This document shows positions 28,732 to 37,537 of a DNA stretch of 64,000 bases, in pieces. The position numbers and the translations under genes were made by a program. The stretch comes from an uncultured Gammaproteobacteria bacterium (lineage in GTDB: Bacteria; Patescibacteriota; Patescibacteriia; UBA9934; CAZDDW01): contig OZ246408.1 of the NCBI GenBank assembly GCA_965231015.1, positions 147,755 to 211,754 of the forward strand, in the 5' to 3' direction. The notes beneath the pieces were generated by a model. That model did no database searches, was not told where the DNA came from, and saw only the letters and a list, made by a program, of their open reading frames with translations. Numbering within the stretch: the first letter of the stretch is position 1; each line of letters opens with the position of its first letter.

Positions 28732-29895
28732 CTATTGAGATGATTTCTTCAGTGCTTTTACGGTGTCTTCTGCAGCTTTTTGCCAGGTAAAATTCATGGC
28801 CTGTTTGATACCAAGTTGTTTTAAGGTTTTGGCTAACTCCGGATCATCTAAAATTTGGTTTATAGAGAGAGCAAGGTCAGCAGAATTAAAAGGATCAATC
28901 AAGATGGCTGCGTCTTTGGTAATTTCTGGAAGGGAGCTTGTGTTTGAAGTGATCACAGGGATGCCACAGGCCATGGCCTCAAGCACCGGAAGTCCGAATC
29001 CTTCGTAGATGGACGGAAAAATGAAGGCTGTGGCTTGCCGATAAAGAGCTGGGCGATGTTCGTGGGGTACATATTCCAAATACACCACGTTTTCATTTTG
29101 AGCTAGACGGTTTTTTATTTCTTCTGACTTCCAACCGGACCCCCCGGCCATAACGAGCATAAGTTCCGGGTGATCTTTTTGTATTTTTTCAAAGGCATCC
29201 AACAGAGCCGATAGATTTTTTCTTGGTTCTAGTGTTCCGAGGAAAAGTAGGTATGGTCGATTAAGGGAATATTTAGATTTTATTCCATGATCTTGTGGGG
29301 TTGGTTTGTGATTGAAGATGGTTTGATCAATTCCGTGTGGTACAACTTGGATTTTGTCCTCGGACTGTTTCGAATAGGAAAGCAGATCAGTTCGGGTGCT
29401 GGTCGATGGACAAATAATAGTACGCGCGTTGTTGATGGTTTGTTCCGGCCGGTTCAGTTTAAAGGCCATTTGGTCTTTAGTGGTGAAAAATTCCGGGAAT
29501 AAGTGCCAAGACATGTCATGTACGGTTAGTACATACGGTGTTCGCTCCATGGAAATGAAGTTGATATTGGGGAAAAAGAAAACATCACAACCACCAGATT
29601 CTTCATTGAGCCAGGTGTCAAGTTTTGGATTGTGGGTCAGGCTGATTTGTAAGTTTAGTTTGCGATTGGGAATAGGTAGATGAAGGTGACGGACGTGTGA
29701 GCGGAATTTATCAAGATCAATTTTTTCCAGATTATCTAAGCAGGTTCGTCGAGCTGTTTCCGTGCCGGCACTAAACAGCATGAAATCATCTCCGGATTCC
29801 AATTCAAAAAGCGCGCGGAGGAGCTCAAGTGTGTATTCCCCCACGCCGCTTGGATTTTCTTTAGCCAGGTGTCTAATATCAATAGCGATGCGCAT
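28732..29895 (-). CDS. glycosyltransferase family 4
   Basis: Starts MRIAIDIR. Contains EGFGLPVLEAMACGIPVITS. Confidence 0.8.
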   Translation of the reverse strand: MRIAIDIRHLAKENPSGVGEYTLELLRALFELESGDDFMLFSAGTETARRTCLDNLEKIDLDKFRSHVRHLHLPIPNRKLNLQISLTHNPKLDTWLNEESGGCDVFFFPNINFISMERTPYVLTVHDMSWHLFPEFFTTKDQMAFKLNRPEQTINNARTIICPSTSTRTDLLSYSKQSEDKIQVVPHGIDQTIFNHKPTPQDHGIKSKYSLNRPYLLFLGTLEPRKNLSALLDAFEKIQKDHPELMLVMAGGSGWKSEEIKNRLAQNENVVYLEYVPHEHRPALYRQATAFIFPSIYEGFGLPVLEAMACGIPVITSNTSSLPEITKDAAILIDPFNSADLALSINQILDDPELAKTLKQLGIKQAMNFTWQKAAEDTVKALKKSSQ

Positions 29896-30982
29896 GGTTG
29901 TGCCAGGTTTGGTGGATGAATTTTTTTATTTTTGTCTTAAAAATCTCGCTGTCAAATTGTTCAGCATGAGCACGGATTGAAACCGGATCGTAAGAGGTGT
30001 GTTCAAAATGCATAATTCGATCAGCCAGCTCTTCCCAGCTCTGTTCATCGATAAATTCTCCGGTTAAACCTTCTTCAACAGCTTCGGTGGCTCCACCGGT
30101 GCGCAAAGCAATGACCGGCCGGCCACTGGCCATGGCTTCCACTTGGGTAATTCCAAAGTCTTCTTCGTGCGGGTGCAAAAAGGCAATACACTCTGAATAC
30201 AAGCGGGCTTTTTCTTTCTCGCTCACCCTACCCAAGAATTCGATATTGTCTCCGGCTCGTTCTCGTAGATTAGCTTCTTCCGGACCTGAACCAAAAATTT
30301 TAAGCGGAAGGCCAAGCTTATTAAAAGCATCAATTGCGATATCGAAACGTTTATAAGCAACGAGCCGGCCTCCAATCAGGTAGTATGTCTTGGGTTGGTT
30401 GGAAATAAAAAACTGTTTGGTTTCAACCGGGGGGTGAATTACTACAGAATCCCGGTTGTAGTATTTTTTGATTCTCTTTCTCACCGTTTCCGAATTAGCC
30501 ACAAACACATCCACTCGATCAGCCGCGGCCTTGTCCCACATACGCATATAGGTCAAAAATGGTGGAAGTAATTTTTTAATAAAACCCGGGACACCAAGTT
30601 CTTCAATGTACCGGTGGGTATCGCTCCAAAGATAACGAGTCGGAGTGTGGCAGTAGCAAACGTGAAGAGCGTGCGGATCTGTGATGATTCCTTTGGAGTG
30701 GGCACTGGAGCTTGATAGTACTACGTCGTAGCCGGACAAGTCATGACGTTCAGTGGCGGTTGGCATTAGTGGCAAGTACCACTGGTATTTGGTAAGTGCG
30801 AGTGGCAGTTCTTGGATAAACGAAGTACGGATGTCCTTGCCTGCAAAATTTGGACCTACACGTTCCGGATCATGGAGTAGAGTGTAGGTTGGGGAATTTT
30901 TCCAAACATCTTGAAAAACCGACAGGACCTTTTCGGCCCCACCGGCTTGGATTAAATGATCATGTACCAGCGCGAGTTTCAT
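29879..30982 (-). CDS. glycosyltransferase family 4
   Basis: Starts MKLALVHD. Contains EDFGITQVEAMASGRPVIA. Confidence 0.8.
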   Translation of the reverse strand: MKLALVHDHLIQAGGAEKVLSVFQDVWKNSPTYTLLHDPERVGPNFAGKDIRTSFIQELPLALTKYQWYLPLMPTATERHDLSGYDVVLSSSSAHSKGIITDPHALHVCYCHTPTRYLWSDTHRYIEELGVPGFIKKLLPPFLTYMRMWDKAAADRVDVFVANSETVRKRIKKYYNRDSVVIHPPVETKQFFISNQPKTYYLIGGRLVAYKRFDIAIDAFNKLGLPLKIFGSGPEEANLRERAGDNIEFLGRVSEKEKARLYSECIAFLHPHEEDFGITQVEAMASGRPVIALRTGGATEAVEEGLTGEFIDEQSWEELADRIMHFEHTSYDPVSIRAHAEQFDSEIFKTKIKKFIHQTWHNHAHRY

Positions 30983-30985
30983 AGC

Positions 30986-32407
30986 TTAATAAGCTCCTTT
31001 TTTCCAAAAAACAACTAGCGGTGTTTTGATTAGGATGATTATGTCAAGAAACGGTGTCCAATTCTCAATGTAGTACACATCTAGCCTGATTTCTTCTTCA
31101 AAGTCAAGGTCGGCACGGCCACTGATTTGGGCCAGTCCGGTGATGCCAGGTTTAACCGCATGAACGCGTCGGTGGTGTGGCTGGTATTTGTCCACCTCTT
31201 CTGGTAAATGAGGCCGAGGTCCAACCAGCGACATTCGACCTATCAGAACCAAGTAAAATTCTGGGATTTCATCAATTGAATATTTTCGAATGAATTTTCC
31301 AACGCGAGTGATTCTAGGATCATCTTTTAGTTTGAACAAGGGTGTTCCCCCGCGCTCATTGCCGTACTTTTTAATGAAGTCTTTATCAAAGCGGTACTTG
31401 TGAGCGTCTTTGACCATACTGCGGAACTTGAAGTAGTGGAACGGTTTTCCATCCAACCCGATTCGCATGGTTTTTTTATTGTCTGGTGTTCGAGAGAAAA
31501 GAATTCGGCCGGGTTGCTCAATAAATAATGCCAGAGCCACAAGAGCCTGAAGCGGCAAAGTGATTAAAATCAATAAAAAAGAAATCACAATATCAAACAA
31601 TCTTTTATAAACCGCCCCCCAGCCTTCAAGTGGGGTAGATTTAAATTCGATAATCGGAACCCCGGCCATGGTATGGGCCTCGAAGCGGGTTGAGGCTGAG
31701 TCGAAAACATCAGCAGTGTGTTTAAAATTGATATGTTCCGCGTCAGCAAAATTAAGAATTTTTTGACGCATATCACGCGTGGTCTCTGGGTCAGTAATAA
31801 TAATCTCATCAACCCCATCTTTTTTCTTGAGCCGTGAAATTTTTTTGGCTATCTCATCATTGAATTTGTCGTAGTTGGCTACAGTTATAAATCCAAGACT
31901 GCGCTTAGCTTTGAATTCTTTCATAAGGGCATCAGCTGTTTTGCCTTTCCCGATTACTACCACTTTATGTAGTCCAACACCCAGCCGACGTATGGAGCGT
32001 TGAATCAGCCGAATGATGATTCGTTCAGTTGAAACAAGCAGAATGACTAGCAGCCAGGCGGCCAGCAAAATAAATCGTGATTCAAAAGCTTCCCGAGTAA
32101 AGAAGAGCAGGGCAAAGACAGCGGCCACACCCGCTGCTGAAGCAACAATAATACGTGAGACTTCAACCGTAAGTTTGCGTGGTTGGATTTTATAAAGTCC
32201 GGACATGGCGAAAACCACAACCCAAATCACAGCCACAAAAATGACAATGTTGGTGTACTCCTCAATTCCTAAATCAAAAGTAACCGGACGAATAGCCGTT
32301 AGTTGAGGTAGAAATCGAGAATAGTAGGCAGCAATACCCGCGGCGATTAAAGTAATGTAATCGAGCGGAACAAGCAGAACCGCAAAAAGAAGTTCAGAGC
32401 GTTTCAT
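30986..32407 (-). CDS. polyprenyl-phosphate sugar phosphotransferase (bacterial sugar transferase, WbaP/EpsE-like)
   Basis: Multi-TM N-terminus. C-terminal KRLFDIV...GRMSLVGPRP...PGITGLAQ motifs. Confidence 0.85.
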   Translation of the reverse strand: MKRSELLFAVLLVPLDYITLIAAGIAAYYSRFLPQLTAIRPVTFDLGIEEYTNIVIFVAVIWVVVFAMSGLYKIQPRKLTVEVSRIIVASAAGVAAVFALLFFTREAFESRFILLAAWLLVILLVSTERIIIRLIQRSIRRLGVGLHKVVVIGKGKTADALMKEFKAKRSLGFITVANYDKFNDEIAKKISRLKKKDGVDEIIITDPETTRDMRQKILNFADAEHINFKHTADVFDSASTRFEAHTMAGVPIIEFKSTPLEGWGAVYKRLFDIVISFLLILITLPLQALVALALFIEQPGRILFSRTPDNKKTMRIGLDGKPFHYFKFRSMVKDAHKYRFDKDFIKKYGNERGGTPLFKLKDDPRITRVGKFIRKYSIDEIPEFYLVLIGRMSLVGPRPHLPEEVDKYQPHHRRVHAVKPGITGLAQISGRADLDFEEEIRLDVYYIENWTPFLDIIILIKTPLVVFWKKGAY

Positions 32408-32464
32408 ATTGCATCTATTTTAGCGTAAATCCATTAATAAGCCAAGGTTTGTCATATCAAAAAA

Positions 32465-32898
32465 CGCGAGTTTATAACTCGTGTTTTTGGTTGCCTTAGA
32501 AAACCTGTAAGCCGAATTTTGTCGAGGATGATCATCTATCTGGGACGACTGTTGCCAGTCGCCTCATGGAACGTTCGACGTTCCAACGCGAGCTACCAAA
32601 CTTGCTCTTGCACCGGAAAGGGTTTACCACGCACCTGCGTCACCGCAGGGCGAGAAGTGTAGCCGCAAGCGACATCACTTCACTTTTCACGTTTGACCCG
32701 AAGGCTAGTATTGTCTCTGTGGCACTTTCCCTAGGCTTCCAAATTGATCTTTTGTCTCGAGAACAAAATCGCAATTTGTCGCCCGGTCGCCGTTAGCGAC
32801 TTTCCACGCTCCTTAACCGTTGCCGGCCAAGGGGTGTTCGGACTTTCCTCCCCGCACCTTTTTCAAGGATGAAGGGCGATCATCTAGTTTTCAAAGGC
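32465..32898 (-). ncRNA. rnpB: RNase P RNA (bacterial type A-like)
   Basis: On the minus strand: GAGGAAAGUCCGAAC (P4 5' strand), GCCACAGAGACAAUAC (conserved ACAGARA region), ACGUGAAAAGUG, and 3' ACAAAAUUCGGCUUACAGG (P4 3' strand). P1 pairing GGCCUUUGAAAAC/GGUUUUCUAAGGC. Promoter TTGACA-N17-TATCTT upstream and a hairpin plus U-run terminator downstream. Confidence 0.7.
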
Positions 32899-32978
32899 CT
32901 ACATAAGATACCACAAAAATTACCTCTTGTCAACCCCCAAACCTTTACAAATTGGCTTATTTATGGCAGAATCGCGGC

Positions 32979-34256
32979 ATGTCTGAAAAGCAATACAATC
33001 CAGAGATTTTGGCTCCAGTTGGAAGCTGGGAGTCTTTAACCACGGCGATAAACGCTGGGGCGGATTCGGTTTATTTTGGTATTGGTGAGCTAAACATGCG
33101 CTCCCACTCGGCCCAGAATTTTACAGTTGAGGATTTACCAGAGATTGCTCGCCAGGTTCACGAGGCCAACATGAAGTGTTATTTGGCCTTGAATGTTTTA
33201 GTGTATGACGAAGAGATTGAAGAAATGAAAGGAATGATTGATGCAGCGAAAGATGCGGGGATTGATGCCGTGATCGCTTTTGATCTCTCAGTAATAAATT
33301 ATGCTCGCGAAATCGGTCAAGACGTTCATATTTCAACCCAACATTCAATTTCAAATATTGAGGCCATTAAGTTTTTCTCTCAGTTCACTGATCGCGTGGT
33401 ACTAGCTCGCGAATTAACGCTCGAGCAAATCGCTGAGATTCGTGATCAGATAAAAGAACAAAATGTACGCGGACCAAAAGGGGAACTTGTCGAAATTGAG
33501 GATTTTATTCATGGCGCCATGTGTGTCTCGGTCTCTGGGCGTTGCGGCATGAGTCTTTATTGCCACAACACTTCGGCTAACCGTGGCAAATGTTTCCAGC
33601 CATGTCGACGCGTGTACCAAGTGACTGATCCAAGCACCGGTAAGGCTATGAAGGTAGATAACAACTTTGTCATGAGTCCGGAAGATCTTTGTACTATTGG
33701 TTTACTTGATGATGTCCTCGAGGCTGGAGTGCAGGTGCTCAAGATCGAAGGGCGCGGTCGTCCAGCTGAGTACGTCGACACCGTGGTGCGTTGTTATCGC
33801 GAAGCGATCGAGGCAATTAACAACGGGACTTACACTGACAAAAAGATTAAAGAATGGAACGAGCGACTCGGTACCGTGTTTAATCGAGGATTGTCCGAGG
33901 GATTCTACCGAGGCAAAGCTTGGAAGTATTGGTCAGGAATTGGTGGCAGTAAAGCAACTGAAACCAAAGAGTTCGTTGGGCCAGTAACGCGGTACTACCC
34001 CAAGCTTGGAGTTGCCGAGATCGCGGTTCAGGCGAGTGAACTTGCCGACGGACAAGAGGTGATATTTATTGGTAAGACCACTGGAGTACACCGGCAGAAG
34101 GCAGAAGAACTGGTTGTAAACGAAAAACCGGTTGAAATATCAAAGCAAGGAGATGAACTAACATTCAAAGTGACTGATCGAGTCCGCAAGGGTGACAATA
34201 TGTATAAGGTGAGCCCTCCTAAACGTCAAAACGAACGGTATCCGGACGCAAAATAA
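32979..34256 (+). CDS. peptidase U32 family protein (collagenase-like)
   Basis: Contains PEILAPVGSWESL, ADSVYFG and E..C...AL..L. Start taken at Met10 of the track ORF. Confidence 0.75.
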   Translation: MSEKQYNPEILAPVGSWESLTTAINAGADSVYFGIGELNMRSHSAQNFTVEDLPEIARQVHEANMKCYLALNVLVYDEEIEEMKGMIDAAKDAGIDAVIAFDLSVINYAREIGQDVHISTQHSISNIEAIKFFSQFTDRVVLARELTLEQIAEIRDQIKEQNVRGPKGELVEIEDFIHGAMCVSVSGRCGMSLYCHNTSANRGKCFQPCRRVYQVTDPSTGKAMKVDNNFVMSPEDLCTIGLLDDVLEAGVQVLKIEGRGRPAEYVDTVVRCYREAIEAINNGTYTDKKIKEWNERLGTVFNRGLSEGFYRGKAWKYWSGIGGSKATETKEFVGPVTRYYPKLGVAEIAVQASELADGQEVIFIGKTTGVHRQKAEELVVNEKPVEISKQGDELTFKVTDRVRKGDNMYKVSPPKRQNERYPDAK

Positions 34257-34291
34257 AACAGAGCCGGAAGCGGACTCTGTTTTTTGATTTT

Positions 34292-35281
34292 TTACAATTC
34301 AATTCCGATTTGTTTGCGTACTTTTTTCATATTCTTTTCCGCGATCTTTTTGGCCCGTTTTGCTCCGTCATCTAAAATCTTTTTGATCTTACCCGGGTTC
34401 TTCATCAGGTTTGCGTGTTTCTTTTTAATCGGGGACAAGAACTCGACCACAGCTTCAGCCAAATCATTTTTAAAATCAGCGTATCCTTTTCCATCATAAT
34501 CTTTCTCGATTTCTGTCGGTGTTTTTCCAGTTACGGCACTCATAATGGTGATCAGATTGTAGACACCAGGTCGGTTTTTGTCGTACTTAATAGTTCCTTC
34601 AGAGTCGGTTTGGGCTGACTTGATTTTCTTTCGAATCACTTCATCTTCATCAGTAAGTGCAATATAATTCTTTGGGCTTGAAGCTGACTTGCTCATTTTT
34701 TTGCTCGGGTCATCCAGTCCCATAATCCGTGCCCCTTCTTTTTTGATCCTTGGATCAGGTACTATAAACGTTTGGCCAAAATCTCGATTAAATCGTTCAG
34801 CCAGATCCCTGGCTAACTCTACATGTTGCTTCTGATCTTCTCCAACCGGAACCACGTCCGTGTCATAAAGCAAAATGTCAGCGGCCATCAAACATGGGTA
34901 CGTAAACAACCCCACACCAACCGAGTCATGTTTGCCGCGTCCTTTTTCTTTGTACTGGGTCATCCGTTCTAGCTCACCCATTCGGGTTAACGTCGTTAAG
35001 ATCCAACCGAGCTCAGTATGCTCGCTCACCCGTGACTGTTGAAACAGAATGGCTTTTTTAGGATCAATTCCCGATGCCAAATATGATGCAGCTAAATTCA
35101 GAATGTTGTTCTCGAGTTCTTTTGGTTCTTGAGGGACGGTGATGGCATGTAAGTCAACAATACAAAAAATACTGTTGAACTCATTTTGCATTTCTACAAA
35201 TTGCTGAATGGCCCCAATATAGTTACCTAAATGAATGTTGTTAGTTGGCTGAATGCCGGAGAATATGCGTTGTTTTGTCAT
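34292..35281 (-). CDS. trpS: tryptophanyl-tRNA synthetase
   Basis: Starts MTKQRIFSGIQPTNNIHLGNYIGAI (HIGH-class motif) and carries KMSKS. Start set at the internal Met. Confidence 0.9.
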   Translation of the reverse strand: MTKQRIFSGIQPTNNIHLGNYIGAIQQFVEMQNEFNSIFCIVDLHAITVPQEPKELENNILNLAASYLASGIDPKKAILFQQSRVSEHTELGWILTTLTRMGELERMTQYKEKGRGKHDSVGVGLFTYPCLMAADILLYDTDVVPVGEDQKQHVELARDLAERFNRDFGQTFIVPDPRIKKEGARIMGLDDPSKKMSKSASSPKNYIALTDEDEVIRKKIKSAQTDSEGTIKYDKNRPGVYNLITIMSAVTGKTPTEIEKDYDGKGYADFKNDLAEAVVEFLSPIKKKHANLMKNPGKIKKILDDGAKRAKKIAEKNMKKVRKQIGIEL

Positions 35282-35381
35282 ATGGGGAGATGATATCATC
35301 AAATAAGCAACGAAGCAACGAAACAAAGAAACAAGCAGTTTGCTTGCTTCTTTGCTTTATTGTTTAGTTGTTTCGTTGATC

Positions 35382-37184
35382 TTACACCTCAATAACCACC
35401 GGCAGAACCATTGGTCGGCGCTCCGTCTTTTTAAAGAGGAAGCTACCAATGTCATTTCTAATACGATTTTTGATGTAATCGATATCTGCCTGCGATTTTG
35501 GATCTTTATCATGGACAATGTTTTTAACTCGTTTTCGAGTATCCTCAATCAGCTTCTTATTTTCTTTCATATAAACGAAACCTCGGCTGATAATGTCCGG
35601 ACTGCCTACGAGTTTGCCAGTCTTTTTGGCAACTTGAGCAATCACGACCACCATTCCTTCTTCACTTAGAACCTGACGGTCGCGTAGCACTACTTGTGAA
35701 ACGTCTCCCACGCCAAGTCCATCTACGAAAACGTAGTCAGACGGGATCTTCTCGTTGGTCAGGCGTCCTTCACCTTTTTTAAATTCCAGGATCTGTCCGT
35801 TTTCTGAGATGAAAATGTGGTCGTCATCATAACCAAGCGAGTTGGCTATTTCTGCGTTCTTGCTCATCAGATATTGGGTTCCCTCAATCGGAACATAATA
35901 TTTTGGTCGCATTAAACTGATCATGAGTTTAATGTCCTCGGCATTGGCGTGACCACTCGCGTGAATGTCAAGCATTTTTGAGTGCAGGATTTTGGCTTTT
36001 CGTTTGGCCAAAGTATCACGCAAACGTGAGACGGCAACCTCGTTTCCTGGAATAATCGAACTTGAGAAAACCACGGTGTCACCCGGAATAATTCGTACAC
36101 TCTTGTGTTCATTGTTGGCAATTCGCATCAAAGCCGCTCGTTGCTCACCCTGGGCTCCGGTACAAATTAAGAGTACCTTGTGTTTAGGATAGTTATCTAT
36201 CTGTTCCGGAGTAATGATTGTACTTGGAGAGAATTCCAAATAACCGAGTCCTTTTGCAATCTCAATGTTTGTTTTCATCGAATATCCGTCAACTGCAACT
36301 TTTCGTCCAAGCTTTTCTGAAATTTCAATAATTTGTTTAATTCGAGCTAGCTGTGAAGCAAAAGTACCGATGATGATTCGTCCCTTGGCATCCTTTATCA
36401 ACTGTTCAATATTTTTACCGATTTCACGTTCAGAAATAGTATGTCCCGGACTACCGGCGTTTGTTGAGTCTGAGAACAAAGCCATGACTCCCTCTTGACC
36501 CAGCTGGGCAATACGTCCGAAGTCAGCCGGAGTAGTTCCTGATGGATGGAAGTCAAATTTCCAGTCTCCGGTATGAACCACACGTCCCTCTGGAGTGTCA
36601 ATTACAATTCCTACTGAATCAGGAATTGAATGATTTAAGTGAATGAAAGAAACTTTAAATTTTCCAAGCTGCAGTGTGTCGTCAACTTTAATTTGTTTTA
36701 CGTCAATGTTACGACCATGAAAATCTTCCTGTTTCTTTTTAATCATTCCTGCGGCCATGGGCATGGCATACACGGGTGGATTACCAATGTTTGGAAGCAC
36801 ATGAGGAATACCACCTATGTGATCAAGGTGACCGTGAGTGATTACGACCCCACGGATATTTTGCTCTTTTCCTTTTACGTATTCCATGTTCGGAATCGCA
36901 TAATCGATTCCTGGCATGGTGTCTTCAGGAAATTCAAGTCCCATGTCAATAAACATGATGTCATTTCCGTATTCAAGCATGGTACAGTTTCGCCCGACCT
37001 CTTCAGCGCCACCCACTAGGGCAATACGAAGCTTGCCAAAAGTTTTGGTCGGCTTTCTGGCGCGAGTTGATTTATTGTTTGTTTTTTTGTCAGAGTGACG
37101 TTGTTTTGTCTTTCTGGTCTTCTGAGACTTTCCGGCCTTCTGAGCCTTCTTTGTCTTTCGGACTTTTTTACCTTTCTCAACCAT
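35382..37184 (-). CDS. rnj: ribonuclease J with Lys-rich N-terminal extension
   Basis: Metallo-beta-lactamase motif HGHLDHIGG. Beta-CASP organisation. About 50 aa of Lys-rich N-terminus. Confidence 0.85.
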   Translation of the reverse strand: MVEKGKKVRKTKKAQKAGKSQKTRKTKQRHSDKKTNNKSTRARKPTKTFGKLRIALVGGAEEVGRNCTMLEYGNDIMFIDMGLEFPEDTMPGIDYAIPNMEYVKGKEQNIRGVVITHGHLDHIGGIPHVLPNIGNPPVYAMPMAAGMIKKKQEDFHGRNIDVKQIKVDDTLQLGKFKVSFIHLNHSIPDSVGIVIDTPEGRVVHTGDWKFDFHPSGTTPADFGRIAQLGQEGVMALFSDSTNAGSPGHTISEREIGKNIEQLIKDAKGRIIIGTFASQLARIKQIIEISEKLGRKVAVDGYSMKTNIEIAKGLGYLEFSPSTIITPEQIDNYPKHKVLLICTGAQGEQRAALMRIANNEHKSVRIIPGDTVVFSSSIIPGNEVAVSRLRDTLAKRKAKILHSKMLDIHASGHANAEDIKLMISLMRPKYYVPIEGTQYLMSKNAEIANSLGYDDDHIFISENGQILEFKKGEGRLTNEKIPSDYVFVDGLGVGDVSQVVLRDRQVLSEEGMVVVIAQVAKKTGKLVGSPDIISRGFVYMKENKKLIEDTRKRVKNIVHDKDPKSQADIDYIKNRIRNDIGSFLFKKTERRPMVLPVVIEV

Positions 37185-37398
37185 AAAAAAGAATAATTAA
37201 TGTGAATTATGTTGAGTCATATTCTCGAAAGTTCGAGAATCAATCCGTGGCCCACGAGTCCGAACTCGTAAAACATGGATTGATTCTGGCTGGCCTGCCA
37301 GCCGTAGATCCAGCTATATTTTATCTTTGGTCCTCCTTCGCCAAGGCTTCGGAAGACAACCTCCGCTCCACCAGCAAATACCTTGCTGGAGCGAAGGT

Positions 37399-37485
37399 TG
37401 GTGCCGCGAGTGGGACTCGAACCCACACGAGATTGCTCCCACTACGACCTGAACGTAGGGCGTCTGCCAATTCCGCCACCGCGGC
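37399..37485 (-). tRNA. tRNA-Leu (anticodon CAG)
   Basis: Reverse complement GCCGCGGTGGCGGAATTGGCAGACGCCCTACGTTCAGGTCGTAGTGGGAGCAATCTCGTGTGGGTTCGAGTCCCACTCGCGGCACCA. Long variable arm. CCA encoded. Confidence 0.85.
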
Positions 37486-37537
37486 TGATATTAAATTCCC
37501 TAAGTCTTTAAAGAGGCTGTAGTTTAGCAGAAATAAC

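Noticed and set aside
32566-32796. 76-aa ORF in the 32.5-32.9 kb intergenic region
   Set aside because: It lies entirely inside the RNase P RNA gene on the opposite strand.
35282-35381. T-box leader upstream of trpS
   Set aside because: The rnj-trpS gap is only about 100 nt. It consists of a long imperfect hairpin (caacgaagcaacgaaacaaag... with its complement) and has no AGGGUGGNACCGCG T-box sequence. It is more likely the rnj terminator.
37202-37522. Track ORFs 37202..37522 (+) and 37217..37426 (-)
   Set aside because: They overlap tRNA-Leu(CAG) and its flanking hairpin. No coding signal.
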